Source of the DNA: an uncultured delta proteobacterium
Lineage (GTDB): Bacteria > Desulfobacterota > Binatia > JACPRU01
DNA length: 64,000 nt
Direction of reading: 5' to 3'
Assembly (NCBI GenBank): GCA_963745025.1
Contig: CAVUWD010000019.1
Location: 160,001-224,000 of the forward strand
Shown here: positions 62,650 to 64,000 of the stretch, piece by piece
Layout: each line of letters opens with the position of its first letter
Position numbering within the stretch: position 1 is the stretch's first letter
The notes under the pieces: model-generated
What the model was told of the DNA's origin: nothing
Seen by the model: only the letters and a program-made list of their open reading frames with translations
The model's database searches: none
Position numbers and translations under genes: made by a program

Positions 62650-63110
62650 AGGTGAAGAAGAAGCAGGACGTCCGGCCCGAGGTCATCGTCTATACCGACG
62701 GGGCGTGCTCCGGAAATCCCGGACCCGGAGGATGGGCCGCGGTGCTCCGCTACGGCGATCACGAGCGCGAGATCTCCGGCGGCGAGTCGCACACGACGAA
62801 CCAAAAGATGGAGCTCACCGCGGCCATCGAGGCGCTGCGTGCCCTCGGGCGCCCCTGTCGCGTGCGCCTGCACAGCGATAGCGCCTACCTGGTGAACTGC
62901 TTCCGGCAACGCTGGCACGAGACGTGGATTCGCAACGGCTGGATGAGCCGCAACAAGACGCCGGTCACCAACCGCACGCTTTGGGAGGAGCTCATCCGCC
63001 TCGCCGAGATTCACGATGTCGAGTGGATCAAAGTGGCCGGCCATTCGGGTGATCCGCTGAACGAGCGTTGCGACGCGCTCGCCCGCGCCGAGATCGAGCG
63101 CGTCGCATGA
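62646..63110 (+). CDS. rnhA: Ribonuclease HI
   Basis: YTDGACSGNPGPGGW, TTNQKMEL.A, SDS.Y, V.N..LW, GHSG...NERCD.LA. Confidence 0.95.
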   Translation: MKVKKKQDVRPEVIVYTDGACSGNPGPGGWAAVLRYGDHEREISGGESHTTNQKMELTAAIEALRALGRPCRVRLHSDSAYLVNCFRQRWHETWIRNGWMSRNKTPVTNRTLWEELIRLAEIHDVEWIKVAGHSGDPLNERCDALARAEIERVA

Positions 63111-63224
63111 AGGGCCTGGCCACCGGTTTGATCCGGCGGGGTCGATTGCGCGCCGAGGGTGAGCGGATGCGGAGCGAGATGCGCGCTCGCTTCTCCGAAC
63201 GGCCCGGTGAGGCGCGCAGGGAAT

Positions 63225-64000
63225 CTAGCTGACTAGCTTGGCGGAAAGGATCCGCGCGGTGTTGAACACGCGCTGGTCCTGCCGGAGGCGGCAGAAGCCG
63301 GTGAGGTAACGCCCGTCGAAGCTCGACGGCTCGACGATCCGGCGAGTCACACCCTGAAAACCGTCGTACTCGATCTCCATCGGCGTGTGATTCTCGACCG
63401 CCGTGAGTAGCAACGCGCGGATGTCTTCGCTGTCGCGCGCCTCGGTCGGCGCCTTGGGCTTCCTTTTCGCGCTCTTGCCGTGCACGCGCAGGAGCTTTTC
63501 GACCAGCGACTCGAGCTCTTGGGCGCGCGTCGGCGCCCCCGTGTCCTCTCGCCGTGTGAGCTCGAGAGCGAGGATCTCCTCGAGCGCGGCGAGCGCCGAG
63601 AGGTCGAAGTCGGGATCCACCTCGCGCGCCAGTTTGGTCGCCGCGCGCACCGCCGCATAGATCTCCTCGAACTCGGGGCGCGTGAGCGTGAGCTGTGCGC
63701 CGCGGGCGGTCACCTGCACCTTGTCGGTTCCCGCCGACGAGACGCTGTAGCCGGCCTTGCGGAGCTCTCTTCCGAGGGTCGCGAGGTCGACGTTCGACGT
63801 GAGCAGCGCGAGCGCATCGCCGATGCGGCGCTGGATGTAGGGGGCGAAGCGCGGATTGGCTTCGAGCTCACCGAGCAGCGTGCCCTCGCGGGCCTCGATG
63901 TAGGGCCCGGCGACGCCGATCCGCACCTCTCCGTGGCGGCCCTCGCAGTCCTCGACGAGCTGGCGCACGGTGGCCGGTACGCCGGTCCCGCTCACCGATT
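63225..64000 (-). CDS. 3' part of an XPB-type helicase-associated (Helicase_C_3) plus C-terminal WYL-domain protein
   Basis: VPATVRQLVED...HGEVRIG; C-terminal MEIEY...TRRIVEP...YLTGFCRLRQDQRVFNTARI (WYL). Confidence 0.75.
   Translation of the reverse strand, partial: SVSGTGVPATVRQLVEDCEGRHGEVRIGVAGPYIEAREGTLLGELEANPRFAPYIQRRIGDALALLTSNVDLATLGRELRKAGYSVSSAGTDKVQVTARGAQLTLTRPEFEEIYAAVRAATKLAREVDPDFDLSALAALEEILALELTRREDTGAPTRAQELESLVEKLLRVHGKSAKRKPKAPTEARDSEDIRALLLTAVENHTPMEIEYDGFQGVTRRIVEPSSFDGRYLTGFCRLRQDQRVFNTARILSAKLVS

Noticed and set aside
63130-63224. GC-rich imperfect hairpin between convergent rnhA and the WYL gene as an ncRNA
   Set aside because: There is no recognisable family motif. 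It is likely a terminator or REP-like structure and cannot be supported further.

Overview
High-GC bacterial chromosomal window that is mostly core genome. Gene content and order look deltaproteobacterial or Binatia-like, which is an inference only. It holds an Sdh1-type succinate dehydrogenase operon; RNA-modification genes (RluA, RlmD, MiaA, TrmJ-like); rfaE1-yicC-gmk-relA-ridA with rpmB and rfaE2; pgi-mutL-miaA-accA; pheA-hisC-tyrA-aroA-cmk-rpsA-sppA-ihfB; an AAA+/VWA pair; two Hsp20 genes; an acyl-CoA dehydrogenase pair; a sigma54-type pilin; and HIT/rnhA. Several highly conserved genes (sdh, relA, rpsA, AAA/VWA) contain many single-base indels, most likely consensus errors. Highlights: (1) a tightly coupled operon at 55990-61326 in which two tiny desulforedoxin-motif (CxxC-x15-CC) proteins bracket an amidohydrolase, two crotonases and an acyl-CoA ligase; one tiny protein is missing from the ORF track and has a KPLPSSD tail; (2) the operon ends in an AhpD/CMD gene with an in-frame UGA in a CxxU motif followed by a SECIS-like hairpin, a likely selenoprotein; (3) a ~165-bp three-hairpin element with compensatory stem changes at two loci; (4) a family of GGCTAC/GTAGCC heptamer palindromes; (5) a pseudo-M1-peptidase/Omp85-barrel fusion; (6) several short gene remnants. 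No tRNA, rRNA, CRISPR array or transposase was recognised.
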